A program made the position numbers and the translations under genes. The notes beneath the pieces are model-generated. The model did no database searches. It had not been told where the DNA came from and worked only from the letters and a program-made list of their open reading frames with translations. Positions 8,395 to 16,032 of a stretch of 16,466 bases of DNA are shown here, piece after piece (within the stretch, counting starts at the first letter, position 1; the number at the start of each line of letters is the position of its first letter). Location of the stretch: NCBI GenBank assembly GCA_964549075.1, contig CAZJUB010000059.1, positions 1-16,466 on the forward strand, read 5' to 3'. Origin of the DNA: an uncultured archaeon (GTDB taxonomy: Archaea > Asgardarchaeota > Heimdallarchaeia > Heimdallarchaeales > Heimdallarchaeaceae).

Positions 8395-9336
8395 TTAGTC
8401 CAACTTTTGACCGCAGTTGTCACAATATTGTTTTTCTTTGAAATTTTGAGCTCCACAACGTGTACAGTATCTTAACACTTCTTTTTCTTCTTCTTGAGAT
8501 TCATCTAAAATTGTAGGTCTTTTCATCCCCTTTCTTTTATACTGTCCCATACCAAGTTCTACAGCTGTAGTTATTGCAGGAGCAAATCTAGGAGCGATTT
8601 TACTTTCTACATTTGGATTGTTAAATGAATCTAAAAGAAACTTAAGTCCAGTGATACCAAAGAATAATGCATCGATGAAAAATTGAGAAACCATTATCCA
8701 ATTTCCTGCTTTTGAAGAGCCTGTTATCAAATTACTATTATCTGTTGTTTTTAAAATAATAGCTATAATAAAAATACTAATTCTTGTCAAAAGATAGGAC
8801 CACGCGTAGACATTAAATAACTTATTTCCATATCCTTTTCTTGGTACATTTAGTTGTTTATTTATTCCATTAAAGGTTATTCCTCTGAATATTGCATAGA
8901 TAAAAATTACTACTAATCCTCCCCATCCGTAATACCATAACATTAGATTTTGGTATCCCCAAGTGATGAAATAAGGATAGAAATCTGTAAAAGCTTTAAA
9001 TGCAATGAAGATAGCTAAAAGAACAATTGTAGTTGTCGTTTTTTTCCTCTCATTATCAAAAACTCTGCCTATTAGAAATAGTATAGAAATTAAAGCTACT
9101 AGACCAACATATAGAAACACTATGCCTATAATATGCTCTGTGTTGGAATAGGATTGGAAAATATTTATCAAAATATCTGGAGTTTCTACTGGATTAGAGA
9201 GATAATTCTGTATAAGTAAATTAGCTACTCCAACAATTGCATAATGAAACTGAATTCCTCCTGTTACTGCTAGAAAGATTCCTGTTAAGAATAGGTAGGA
9301 TCGTAAATTCTGTCTTTTATAGTAAGAATCCTGCAA
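8395..9336 (-). CDS. Multi-pass membrane protein with C-terminal zinc ribbon
   Basis: 313 aa with a TTG start, about 6 hydrophobic segments, and C-terminal CTRC-x10-CDNC. Confidence 0.8.
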   Translation of the reverse strand: MQDSYYKRQNLRSYLFLTGIFLAVTGGIQFHYAIVGVANLLIQNYLSNPVETPDILINIFQSYSNTEHIIGIVFLYVGLVALISILFLIGRVFDNERKKTTTTIVLLAIFIAFKAFTDFYPYFITWGYQNLMLWYYGWGGLVVIFIYAIFRGITFNGINKQLNVPRKGYGNKLFNVYAWSYLLTRISIFIIAIILKTTDNSNLITGSSKAGNWIMVSQFFIDALFFGITGLKFLLDSFNNPNVESKIAPRFAPAITTAVELGMGQYKRKGMKRPTILDESQEEEKEVLRYCTRCGAQNFKEKQYCDNCGQKLD

Positions 9337-9418
9337 TATGAATCACTGAAGTATTTAAGCAAGATAATTAGGTAAAATTGTGTTTAAAAAGTTAGCTAAA
9401 TAAAGTGAGATACTGTAA

Positions 9419-10534
9419 TCACATCTGTTTTTTCTTCTTGGTAGCATCTATCCTACGGAAATTATCGTTTATTATGTCTATGAATAGCTTTTCATCAGCT
9501 TCTTTTAGCACTAAAGCAGTTTCCAGATATGCTAAATCTGTTCTATTACATAATTCTTTAAACGATTTGAAAATTGCTGCTCTAGAATTACGATCTATTT
9601 TGGAACCTATAGAAATGATGTAGAATTTAGATAATTTCAGGTATCTTATCTCCTTATCCTTAAGCTGCAAATCTTTAGGAGTTTCATGAGAATTTAGACT
9701 TTCAGAAATAATATTCTTACCAGTTATTAACATTCTTATCTCATCAAGATTTTTTACTGCTTGTTTCTCTCTAATATTATACCTGAATATCGGATAATCA
9801 CTATTTGAAACTAGAATTATTTCTTCTGGAAGTTTATTTGAAGCTAGCATATTTAATGGATCTAGAAAAACAGCTATTCCCCAACAGAGAATAGCTACTG
9901 GAAAAAGAAAATGTCTAATTAATTTTAGACTTTGAAAGAAAGGAGTAACCATCCAAGTGGCAAGGAAAATAAATCCTATGAAATTACAGTCAAGTTTCTT
10001 GTAATTTCTCCAATTTTGGTATTTTCGAGCGAGATATAATATAAAGTATGCAATGAATATAATAAGAATAGTAACTGAAATAGTTATGAAAACATATTTG
10101 AAATCTCCAACTAAATAATTAAGCTCCCAATGGTTTGTTTTATCATTATAACTTAGTTGATCTACTTTCAAAAAACCAAAAAGCATTGATGAAACTCCTA
10201 CCAATAAGGCAGCAATATGTGAGAAAATCGGGAGTCTATCTTCTCTTATAAGGATAAAACCATTCATGAGAGTTAGAAATCCAATACCAAGAGTAATATT
10301 AGTGATTATTGCTAATATCAACACAACTGATTTATTACTTTCAGTATTTGAGAAGAAAGTTGTTGAGAGGAGAAAACAATAACCTATGAAATTGATGATT
10401 ATTCCAAGAGTTATATAGATATAAGAAACACTTCTAGTAATTCTTTGAGCTCTAGCAAACGTATAAATAGCGAAACCAAAGAACAAGATAATTTCTAATA
10501 ACAAGATTAGATCTGGAAAGAGTTCAAAGCTCAT
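9419..10534 (-). CDS. ~7-TM membrane protein with C-terminal soluble longin-like domain
   Basis: 371 aa with about 7 hydrophobic helices in the first ~230 aa. The soluble tail has a beta-beta-alpha-beta-beta-beta-alpha-alpha pattern (EIILVSNSDYPIFRYN...PKDLQLKDKEIRYLKLSKFYIISIG...). Confidence 0.75.
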   Translation of the reverse strand: MSFELFPDLILLLEIILFFGFAIYTFARAQRITRSVSYIYITLGIIINFIGYCFLLSTTFFSNTESNKSVVLILAIITNITLGIGFLTLMNGFILIREDRLPIFSHIAALLVGVSSMLFGFLKVDQLSYNDKTNHWELNYLVGDFKYVFITISVTILIIFIAYFILYLARKYQNWRNYKKLDCNFIGFIFLATWMVTPFFQSLKLIRHFLFPVAILCWGIAVFLDPLNMLASNKLPEEIILVSNSDYPIFRYNIREKQAVKNLDEIRMLITGKNIISESLNSHETPKDLQLKDKEIRYLKLSKFYIISIGSKIDRNSRAAIFKSFKELCNRTDLAYLETALVLKEADEKLFIDIINDNFRRIDATKKKKQM

Positions 10535-10619
10535 GATTGGTTTTTCAAAGTTATTTTTTAAATGTATGTTTATATATATTTTAGAAAGAAAACATAATTA
10601 GCAAAATATCTCACAAATT

Positions 10620-10913
10620 TTATTTCTTCTTTCTCCTTTTCTTCTGATGTTTATCGCTTTCTTCTTCCTCTTCTAGATTTTGCAATGCTTTACCAAATAA
10701 ATCCTGCTCCTCAAAATGAGAATGGCAATTAAAACATTTATCATCGTCTGGAGTATTCGCATATCCGCATTTTTTACAATATCGTATGCCTGCCATTGGT
10801 CGAGTTTCTTTTAGTTCTACTCCATGTTCTTCAGCTAACTCTTCAAAAGCAGTTTTCTTCTCACTATAATAAGTTTTATCTTCCTTTTCTTCTTCAGGAT
10901 TCTGAGATGACAT
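10620..10913 (-). CDS. Small acidic zinc-ribbon protein
   Basis: 97 aa with CKKC-x10-CFNC, acidic flanks and a basic KKRRKKK end. Confidence 0.8.
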   Translation of the reverse strand: MSSQNPEEEKEDKTYYSEKKTAFEELAEEHGVELKETRPMAGIRYCKKCGYANTPDDDKCFNCHSHFEEQDLFGKALQNLEEEEESDKHQKKRRKKK

Positions 10914-10935
10914 TAAAGAAAAAATGTCTTACAAA

Positions 10936-10945
10936 TTATATAAAA
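10936..10945 (-). promoter_or_regulatory. Candidate TATA box
   Basis: TTTTATATAA on the minus strand, 23-32 nt upstream of the ATG at 10913. Confidence 0.5.
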
Positions 10946-10964
10946 TTATGGAATTCGAATTTTT

Positions 10965-11333
10965 TCATACTAGATAATCAATTTTTGAATATCTCTCGAT
11001 AATAGCTCGTTTTTTCTGGATATCTTCTTTTTTGTGCTCTAAATCCCAAACAGTTACTTCCGTTAATCCATCTGTATCCAACAATTTTATCCAAGCTAGA
11101 GAAATATTTTTATTTTCATCAATGATGATTTTTCCTTCTTCTTCTAGTTCTTTTAAAATAAGAAAAATTTGCATATAGTGGTTTAGAAGGTGATAGGAAT
11201 GCCAGAATTCCTCAAAAAGATCATAAAGTTTGATAGTTTTTCGTTTAAGTAGAATCTTCTCAATCTGTTCCTCAAGATTCTTTTTTGCGATACTTGATGT
11301 ATCTTCTGTGTCACCCCAAAGTTTCGAAACCAT
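10965..11333 (-). CDS. Small hypothetical protein, winged-helix-like
   Basis: 122 aa. LEEQIEKILLKRKTIKLYDLFEEF...IFLILKELEEEGKIIIDENKNISL fits helix-helix-helix-wing with the LxxLxxxGxI signature. Confidence 0.6.
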   Translation of the reverse strand: MVSKLWGDTEDTSSIAKKNLEEQIEKILLKRKTIKLYDLFEEFWHSYHLLNHYMQIFLILKELEEEGKIIIDENKNISLAWIKLLDTDGLTEVTVWDLEHKKEDIQKKRAIIERYSKIDYLV

Positions 11334-11473
11334 TACTTTCAGTTAATAGAGTATGCTGAACCTATTAAAGAGCCAAAGAAAGAAGATGACAAAAGCACCG
11401 ACAATAACTAACAACAAATATAAATATTGTAAAAAGATTAAAGTGTTTGCAAATAATATTATTAGAGGTCTTT

Positions 11474-14080
11474 ATGTTGATTTCAAAAAGAACTATGAGC
11501 ACTTTAATTATCTTTAGTTTTCTCATCTTGAGTTTTACAACAAATTCAAGCACTCAAGCAACAACAATAGGTAATCCTACTTCTTTAGCAAGTATTGAAC
11601 AAACAGACAATCCTGTTGATTATAAAGTTGTACAAGTAGATTCTTCTCAAGATATAAATAAAGATCACATTCAAGACTCATTTCATGAAAAATTAGTTAA
11701 TAGTGACACAACCGCTAGTTTTGATGCTATATTATCTTTTACTGGACCGATTACAAAAACTGATAGATTATTTCTTCAAAATAATGGAATAGAAATAATT
11801 ACAGAATACGATGTAATTTATGCAGCTCACGTAAGAGGAACAGCTGAATCTCTATTACTAACAAAGAACCTAGACTCAGGTTTATTTCTAGAAGAAAACA
11901 GCTTAAGTCATGCTCTCTTACTAGATGTAACAGAAACTTTTGGGGTACGTAAAGTTTGGCAAACTTCACAAGGTTATGGCTATACTGGAAATCCTGATAC
12001 AGCAATAGCTGTTTTAGACACAGGAGTAGATGATAGCCATCCTGACTCAGATTTTAATGTGATATATTGGAATGATTACGAAGGCGCAAGTTATCTCTCT
12101 CCAGGAGATGAGTATGCTACTCCGACAGACAAAGGTGAACATGGTACCCATGTTGCAAGCATAGCTGCTTCTGCAGGAGCTTCAGTTTCAACCTCAGTAG
12201 CTACCATTCAAGATTCAGGTTATCTTCCAACATCTGATGGATATGCTTGGTATTATACCTGGTTCTACATATATACTGCTCAATCAGTAACTATAAATTG
12301 GGCTTGGGAAGGTTCTGGTTCTACATTTGTTGGTTTCTGGAGTAACACTTTAGGTGATTGGTCCGGACAAAGTGCATCAGATTCTTCTTCTCCAGGTACT
12401 TTCTCCTATTACCAATCTACACCTGGTTGGTATTGTGCAATGTATGGTAATTCAGTAGGAGCAACAGGAAGATATTTCTCTGGTGAGGTCATTTACGATC
12501 CTGGATGGACAAATCCCTATTTTGATAGTTATGGACCTTTTACCGGTGTTGCCCCAAGTAGCAACATTGTTGCTCTTAAGGTTCTTGACGATACAGGAAC
12601 AGGTACATCTACATCTCTTATTAATGCTCTTAACTGGCTTTATCTCAATGGTCAATCCTATAATATTACAGTTGTCAATATGTCATTAGGCTGGACATCC
12701 GTTATATCCTCTATAGATTCTGCTGTCAGTTCTCTAGTAAGAGATAAAGGAATAGTTTGTGTTGTAGCTGCTGGGAATGATGGCACTTCTTCAGGAGGAG
12801 TGTATTCTCCGGGTTCTTGCCTTGATGCAATTACGGTTGGTTCCGTCAATAAAGCTAGTGAGATTGCCTATTATAGTAGTAATGGTTACGATTCTCAAGG
12901 ATTTATTAAACCAGACGTTGTAGCTCCTGGAGGAAGTTTTGCTTCTTCTGGCTCATCTGCACCAGCTCAACCTATCATAGCTGCTGACAGTAATGATGCA
13001 GACGAAGCTTACGATTATAATACTGCTACTTCTTATCCTCCAAAAACTGATTATTATGCTGATAATTATCGAGGTTTTCAGGGGACATCTATGGCATCAC
13101 CATTTGTAGCTGGACTAGTGCAACTAGTTGTTGATGCAATGATTGAAGAAGGAACTTACAGTTACTCTTGGGAAACAGCAAAGAAAATAAAACAAGTCAT
13201 TTGTATGAGCGCAAGCGAAGTGTATAATATTGAAGGATCAATAAGCACAGGAGGCGAAACTTACGATGGCGACTCTGATGGTATACCTCAACTTCCGACT
13301 TGGAATCGTGATTCTAAAGATTATGTGGAAGGATATGGAGTTATATCTGTTGAAGGAGCTGTTCAAGCTGTAACAGACTGGTTAAGTGTAGGAACTACTG
13401 AATTAGTTTCTCTCTCTGGTCGCCAATATGGCACTCATACAGCTGTAAGACAAATCAACTTGGAAGCTGACACAATATATAGATTATATGGTGAATTCAA
13501 TCTTGGGACTTTTACTGATGCTGATGTTTTTATTTACGCAACAGATCCCGATCAATATGGAGAGCCAACCATTTTAGCTGAGCTTATACAAGGTTTTGTT
13601 ACTGATGAATCAACTGTTTTCACTGTTCCAGACGATGGCGTTTATTATCTTGTTGCTAAATGGGCTGATGGAGTATATGATGGTGCTTGCAACGTGCTAG
13701 TTGAAGAAGTAGTACAATTAAAGTATATTTCAGACGGAGCGTCAGTGCCACCTAATTCAAATATAGACTTTGATATTGATGACTACGATTTAACTCTTGT
13801 TGAATATAAAATAGATTCTGGAGCATATGCACCTTTACCTTCACCGTATACGGTAGTTCTTCCAGGACCAGATGGAACGAAAACAATAACCATTAGAGTG
13901 CAGCACAATCTAGGTACTTCTGAAGAGCAAGTGTTTACTTTCATCGTTGATACAGGAGCTCCACCAATAAACACTGAAACTTCTGTTACACGTATTTTGG
14001 ACTTCCCATCAACAGGGATATTATTAGTTTCCGTAATGTGTATAGGTTGTTTTATTTTCAAAATGAGAAAGAGAAAATAA
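11474..14080 (+). CDS. Cell-surface S8 (subtilisin-like) serine protease with propeptide, inserted domain, PPC-like and Ig-like domains and TM anchor
   Basis: ATG at 11474 is preceded by GAGGT (11465-11469) and is preferred over TTG at 11447. Catalytic motifs: AVLDTGVD (Asp codon 12017), HGTHVAS (His 12140), VAAGN (Asn 12776), KPDVVAPG, GTSMASP (Ser 13088). C-terminal TM + KMRKRK. Confidence 0.95.
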   Translation: MLISKRTMSTLIIFSFLILSFTTNSSTQATTIGNPTSLASIEQTDNPVDYKVVQVDSSQDINKDHIQDSFHEKLVNSDTTASFDAILSFTGPITKTDRLFLQNNGIEIITEYDVIYAAHVRGTAESLLLTKNLDSGLFLEENSLSHALLLDVTETFGVRKVWQTSQGYGYTGNPDTAIAVLDTGVDDSHPDSDFNVIYWNDYEGASYLSPGDEYATPTDKGEHGTHVASIAASAGASVSTSVATIQDSGYLPTSDGYAWYYTWFYIYTAQSVTINWAWEGSGSTFVGFWSNTLGDWSGQSASDSSSPGTFSYYQSTPGWYCAMYGNSVGATGRYFSGEVIYDPGWTNPYFDSYGPFTGVAPSSNIVALKVLDDTGTGTSTSLINALNWLYLNGQSYNITVVNMSLGWTSVISSIDSAVSSLVRDKGIVCVVAAGNDGTSSGGVYSPGSCLDAITVGSVNKASEIAYYSSNGYDSQGFIKPDVVAPGGSFASSGSSAPAQPIIAADSNDADEAYDYNTATSYPPKTDYYADNYRGFQGTSMASPFVAGLVQLVVDAMIEEGTYSYSWETAKKIKQVICMSASEVYNIEGSISTGGETYDGDSDGIPQLPTWNRDSKDYVEGYGVISVEGAVQAVTDWLSVGTTELVSLSGRQYGTHTAVRQINLEADTIYRLYGEFNLGTFTDADVFIYATDPDQYGEPTILAELIQGFVTDESTVFTVPDDGVYYLVAKWADGVYDGACNVLVEEVVQLKYISDGASVPPNSNIDFDIDDYDLTLVEYKIDSGAYAPLPSPYTVVLPGPDGTKTITIRVQHNLGTSEEQVFTFIVDTGAPPINTETSVTRILDFPSTGILLVSVMCIGCFIFKMRKRK

Positions 14081-14084
14081 TACT

Positions 14085-14112
14085 TGTTCTCTTTTTCTTT
14101 TTATTTCCTTTT
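14085..14112 (+). terminator. Oligo-T terminator-like tract
   Basis: Long T-rich pyrimidine stretch (TGTTCTCTTTTTCTTTTTATTTCCTTTT) directly after the protease stop codon. Confidence 0.5.
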
Positions 14113-14206
14113 AATTAGATTTTTAAGTAGAAAACAATACTATAAAAACCTCAAGAAAATTTTGTGCCATAATTATTTTTCTTCATTAATCAATCAATGT
14201 AAGAAC

Positions 14207-14222
14207 TAGTGAAATATCACTA
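14207..14222. promoter_or_regulatory. Inverted repeat, candidate transcription-factor operator
   Basis: TAGTGA-AATA-TCACTA: perfect 6-bp arms with a 4-nt spacer, in an intergenic region. Confidence 0.4.
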
Positions 14223-14280
14223 AAAATCTATCACACTAAAATTGGTGATGTATATAAACCCCACGGTTTTTTTTTGTCAA

Positions 14281-14302
14281 AAACTGCAATGAAACTGCAA
14301 TG
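14281..14302 (+). repeat. Perfect 11-bp tandem direct repeat (AAACTGCAATG)x2
   Basis: Read directly from the sequence. Ends about 15 nt upstream of a TATA-like box. Confidence 0.85.
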
Positions 14303-14316
14303 TGAGGAATAATTCA

Positions 14317-14323
14317 TTTATAA
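14317..14323 (+). promoter_or_regulatory. Candidate TATA box
   Basis: TTTATAA ending 26 nt upstream of the ATG at 14349 and 43 nt upstream of the ATG at 14366. Confidence 0.5.
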
Positions 14324-14365
14324 GAAGGTCCCTTTTTGTGAACTAGACATGGCAGTGAATCCACT

Positions 14366-15253
14366 ATGAGCGTGGCATCAACAATACAACAAACTGAGGA
14401 GCTGGGGTCTTTCCTCAGCACTCATGATTTATCACAAATTCTTGCACCTGGATTACGTAAAGCAAGTATCATTAAAAGTTACTTTACTGATCCAGAAGAA
14501 GACCGTACGAATAGAATCATGGAGATAGTTTCCACTATATCTAATCTTTTCTTGGAATATTTCCCTAGTAAGCTTGTTACTGAAGCTACTATCCAATTTC
14601 AACGCCTTCTCCCTGATTTTCTCCAAGATTTCGGTTCTAATAAATATTTTACTAAAAATGTTATAGCCAATTATTTCTTAGCTTTACTTGATTTTAGGCT
14701 TTCCTTAGTCGGTTCGAAGATTTCTCCAAATCATATCGAACTTGTTAGAGACGCTTTAGGATTGCAGAAAGGTAAAATCTTCAGCTACTTTGCTGTAAAA
14801 CAGATTCAATCTGAGTTGCTTGCTGCAGGTTATATTCAACGTAAAAAGAACCGAATTTATAGTCCTCTTCTTAAAAGTAAGGTTGCTAATATAGTCAATG
14901 AAACTATTCTCTATTTTCCTGATAAAGAAGTAGAATTAATGAGTTTACAAGACAAAGCATTTGATCTTATAGATGATCGTATTATCCCCTATATAGATAT
15001 TGAAGATGCTGCTTTTGTAATTGTTTCTTCTCTTTTTAGCTATTACATTCAAGATAATGGACTTATCAGAGCGTACTGGATTTTTATTAACAAACACTAT
15101 GAACCAGGTGCGGATTTTCTCAGAACAAAAGTATATCGATACCGTTCGATGCTAAAGAAAGCAAATAAGAATGGTGGGTTAGGGTTAGGTAAAAACGTGG
15201 ATGAGAGGAGTAGGAACTATGGCTGTACCTCCGATAATAGTAGAGACTTATGA
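14366..15253 (+). CDS. All-helical protein resembling a divergent tandem cyclin-fold (TFB/TFIIB core-like) protein lacking the zinc ribbon
   Basis: 295 aa, soluble. EEDRTNRIMEIVSTISNLFLEYFPSKLVTEATIQFQRL resembles TFB repeat-1 helices 1-2. The second half (LQDKAFDLID...EDAAFVIVSSL...GADFLRTKVYRYRSML) resembles repeat 2. No CxxC pair. The ORF is certain but the fold call is tentative. Confidence 0.55.
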   Translation: MSVASTIQQTEELGSFLSTHDLSQILAPGLRKASIIKSYFTDPEEDRTNRIMEIVSTISNLFLEYFPSKLVTEATIQFQRLLPDFLQDFGSNKYFTKNVIANYFLALLDFRLSLVGSKISPNHIELVRDALGLQKGKIFSYFAVKQIQSELLAAGYIQRKKNRIYSPLLKSKVANIVNETILYFPDKEVELMSLQDKAFDLIDDRIIPYIDIEDAAFVIVSSLFSYYIQDNGLIRAYWIFINKHYEPGADFLRTKVYRYRSMLKKANKNGGLGLGKNVDERSRNYGCTSDNSRDL

Positions 15254-15956
15254 AGCATTAGCTGGAATATTCACAGGAACTGCAAGAATAACTTTTCTTG
15301 CTATTCTAGCACTTTTTGTTACTAAATTCATTTTTGATTTCTTTATGGATTGGATTTTTAAAAGCACTCGAAAGTATATTAATTTCCTGTTCTTCCCAGG
15401 TAGTTTCTTGCACCAGCTCTGGCATTCTCTTATGATCAAAAGCTTGGGATATGATATTAGAGTCAATTTTAGTATGTCTGTGTATTTTGGGGATATTTCT
15501 AGTCAGAGTCTTTCTGGAAATCTTAAGAGTATCTTTCACGCATTTTTGATAGGTTTTGCACCACTGATTAACTTAGTTATAACAGCAGTTTTAATTATTT
15601 TCAACCAAGAATTTCATGATTACTTTGAATGGGTTGGATTTCCCTTTGGTCAAGTATTGAGAATCTATCTGATAATATGCTTCGTCTACTTCGCTTTACC
15701 AGATTGGGGAGATCTAATGTTGCCTTTTACAACAGCTACAGCACGAAGTTCGGAAATCATTTTTCTACTCATGATTGGCTTTATTAATTACGTTATTGCT
15801 ATCTCGATTTGGGGATGGTTCATCCCTCTAATTGGTCTTATCTTGTATATTATTGCTATCATCTATCTTGCGAAGAAAAAAACCTTTGATAGGTCTTTCA
15901 AGCCTTTCAAAAAAGGATTTGAAGCATCCGAGGATGAAACGGATGTTACTAAGTAG
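15219..15956 (+). CDS. Membrane zincin-like (M50B/DUF3267-like) metallopeptidase homologue with HQxxH motif
   Basis: ATG at 15219 follows GAGGAG/AGGA (alternative ATG at 15201). FFPGSFLHQLWHSLM...LG matches the PGxxxHExxH pattern with E->Q. Downstream LIGFAPL and LPDWGD motifs. About 5-6 TM helices. Confidence 0.7.
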   Translation: MAVPPIIVETYEALAGIFTGTARITFLAILALFVTKFIFDFFMDWIFKSTRKYINFLFFPGSFLHQLWHSLMIKSLGYDIRVNFSMSVYFGDISSQSLSGNLKSIFHAFLIGFAPLINLVITAVLIIFNQEFHDYFEWVGFPFGQVLRIYLIICFVYFALPDWGDLMLPFTTATARSSEIIFLLMIGFINYVIAISIWGWFIPLIGLILYIIAIIYLAKKKTFDRSFKPFKKGFEASEDETDVTK

Positions 15957-16032
15957 ATGTAGTATGAAAGCCAAAATTTTTATTTTTCAAAACTTTTCCT
16001 CTCTTATTACTTAACAATAAAAGGTGTCAGAC

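Noticed and set aside
10620-10643. KKRRKKK tail as a nuclear localisation signal
   Set aside because: The context is prokaryotic, and basic tails are common across this window's proteins.
14281-14302. Direct repeat as a CRISPR remnant or target-site duplication
   Set aside because: There are only two adjacent 11-bp copies, with no spacer, cas gene, transposase or terminal inverted repeats.
14366-15253. Annotation as canonical tfb
   Set aside because: It lacks the zinc ribbon, B-reader and conserved TFB signature residues. Only fold-level resemblance is arguable.
2252-16014. Other short ORFs in the track (2252-2461, 6158-6343, 7792-7980, 9405-9623, 10796-11002, 11365-11553, 11799-12005, 12452-12655, 12483-12689, 12658-12849, 13783-14061, 15248-15466, 15306-15539, 15832-16014)
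   Set aside because: All overlap longer, well-supported genes in another frame or strand and lack recognisable motifs.
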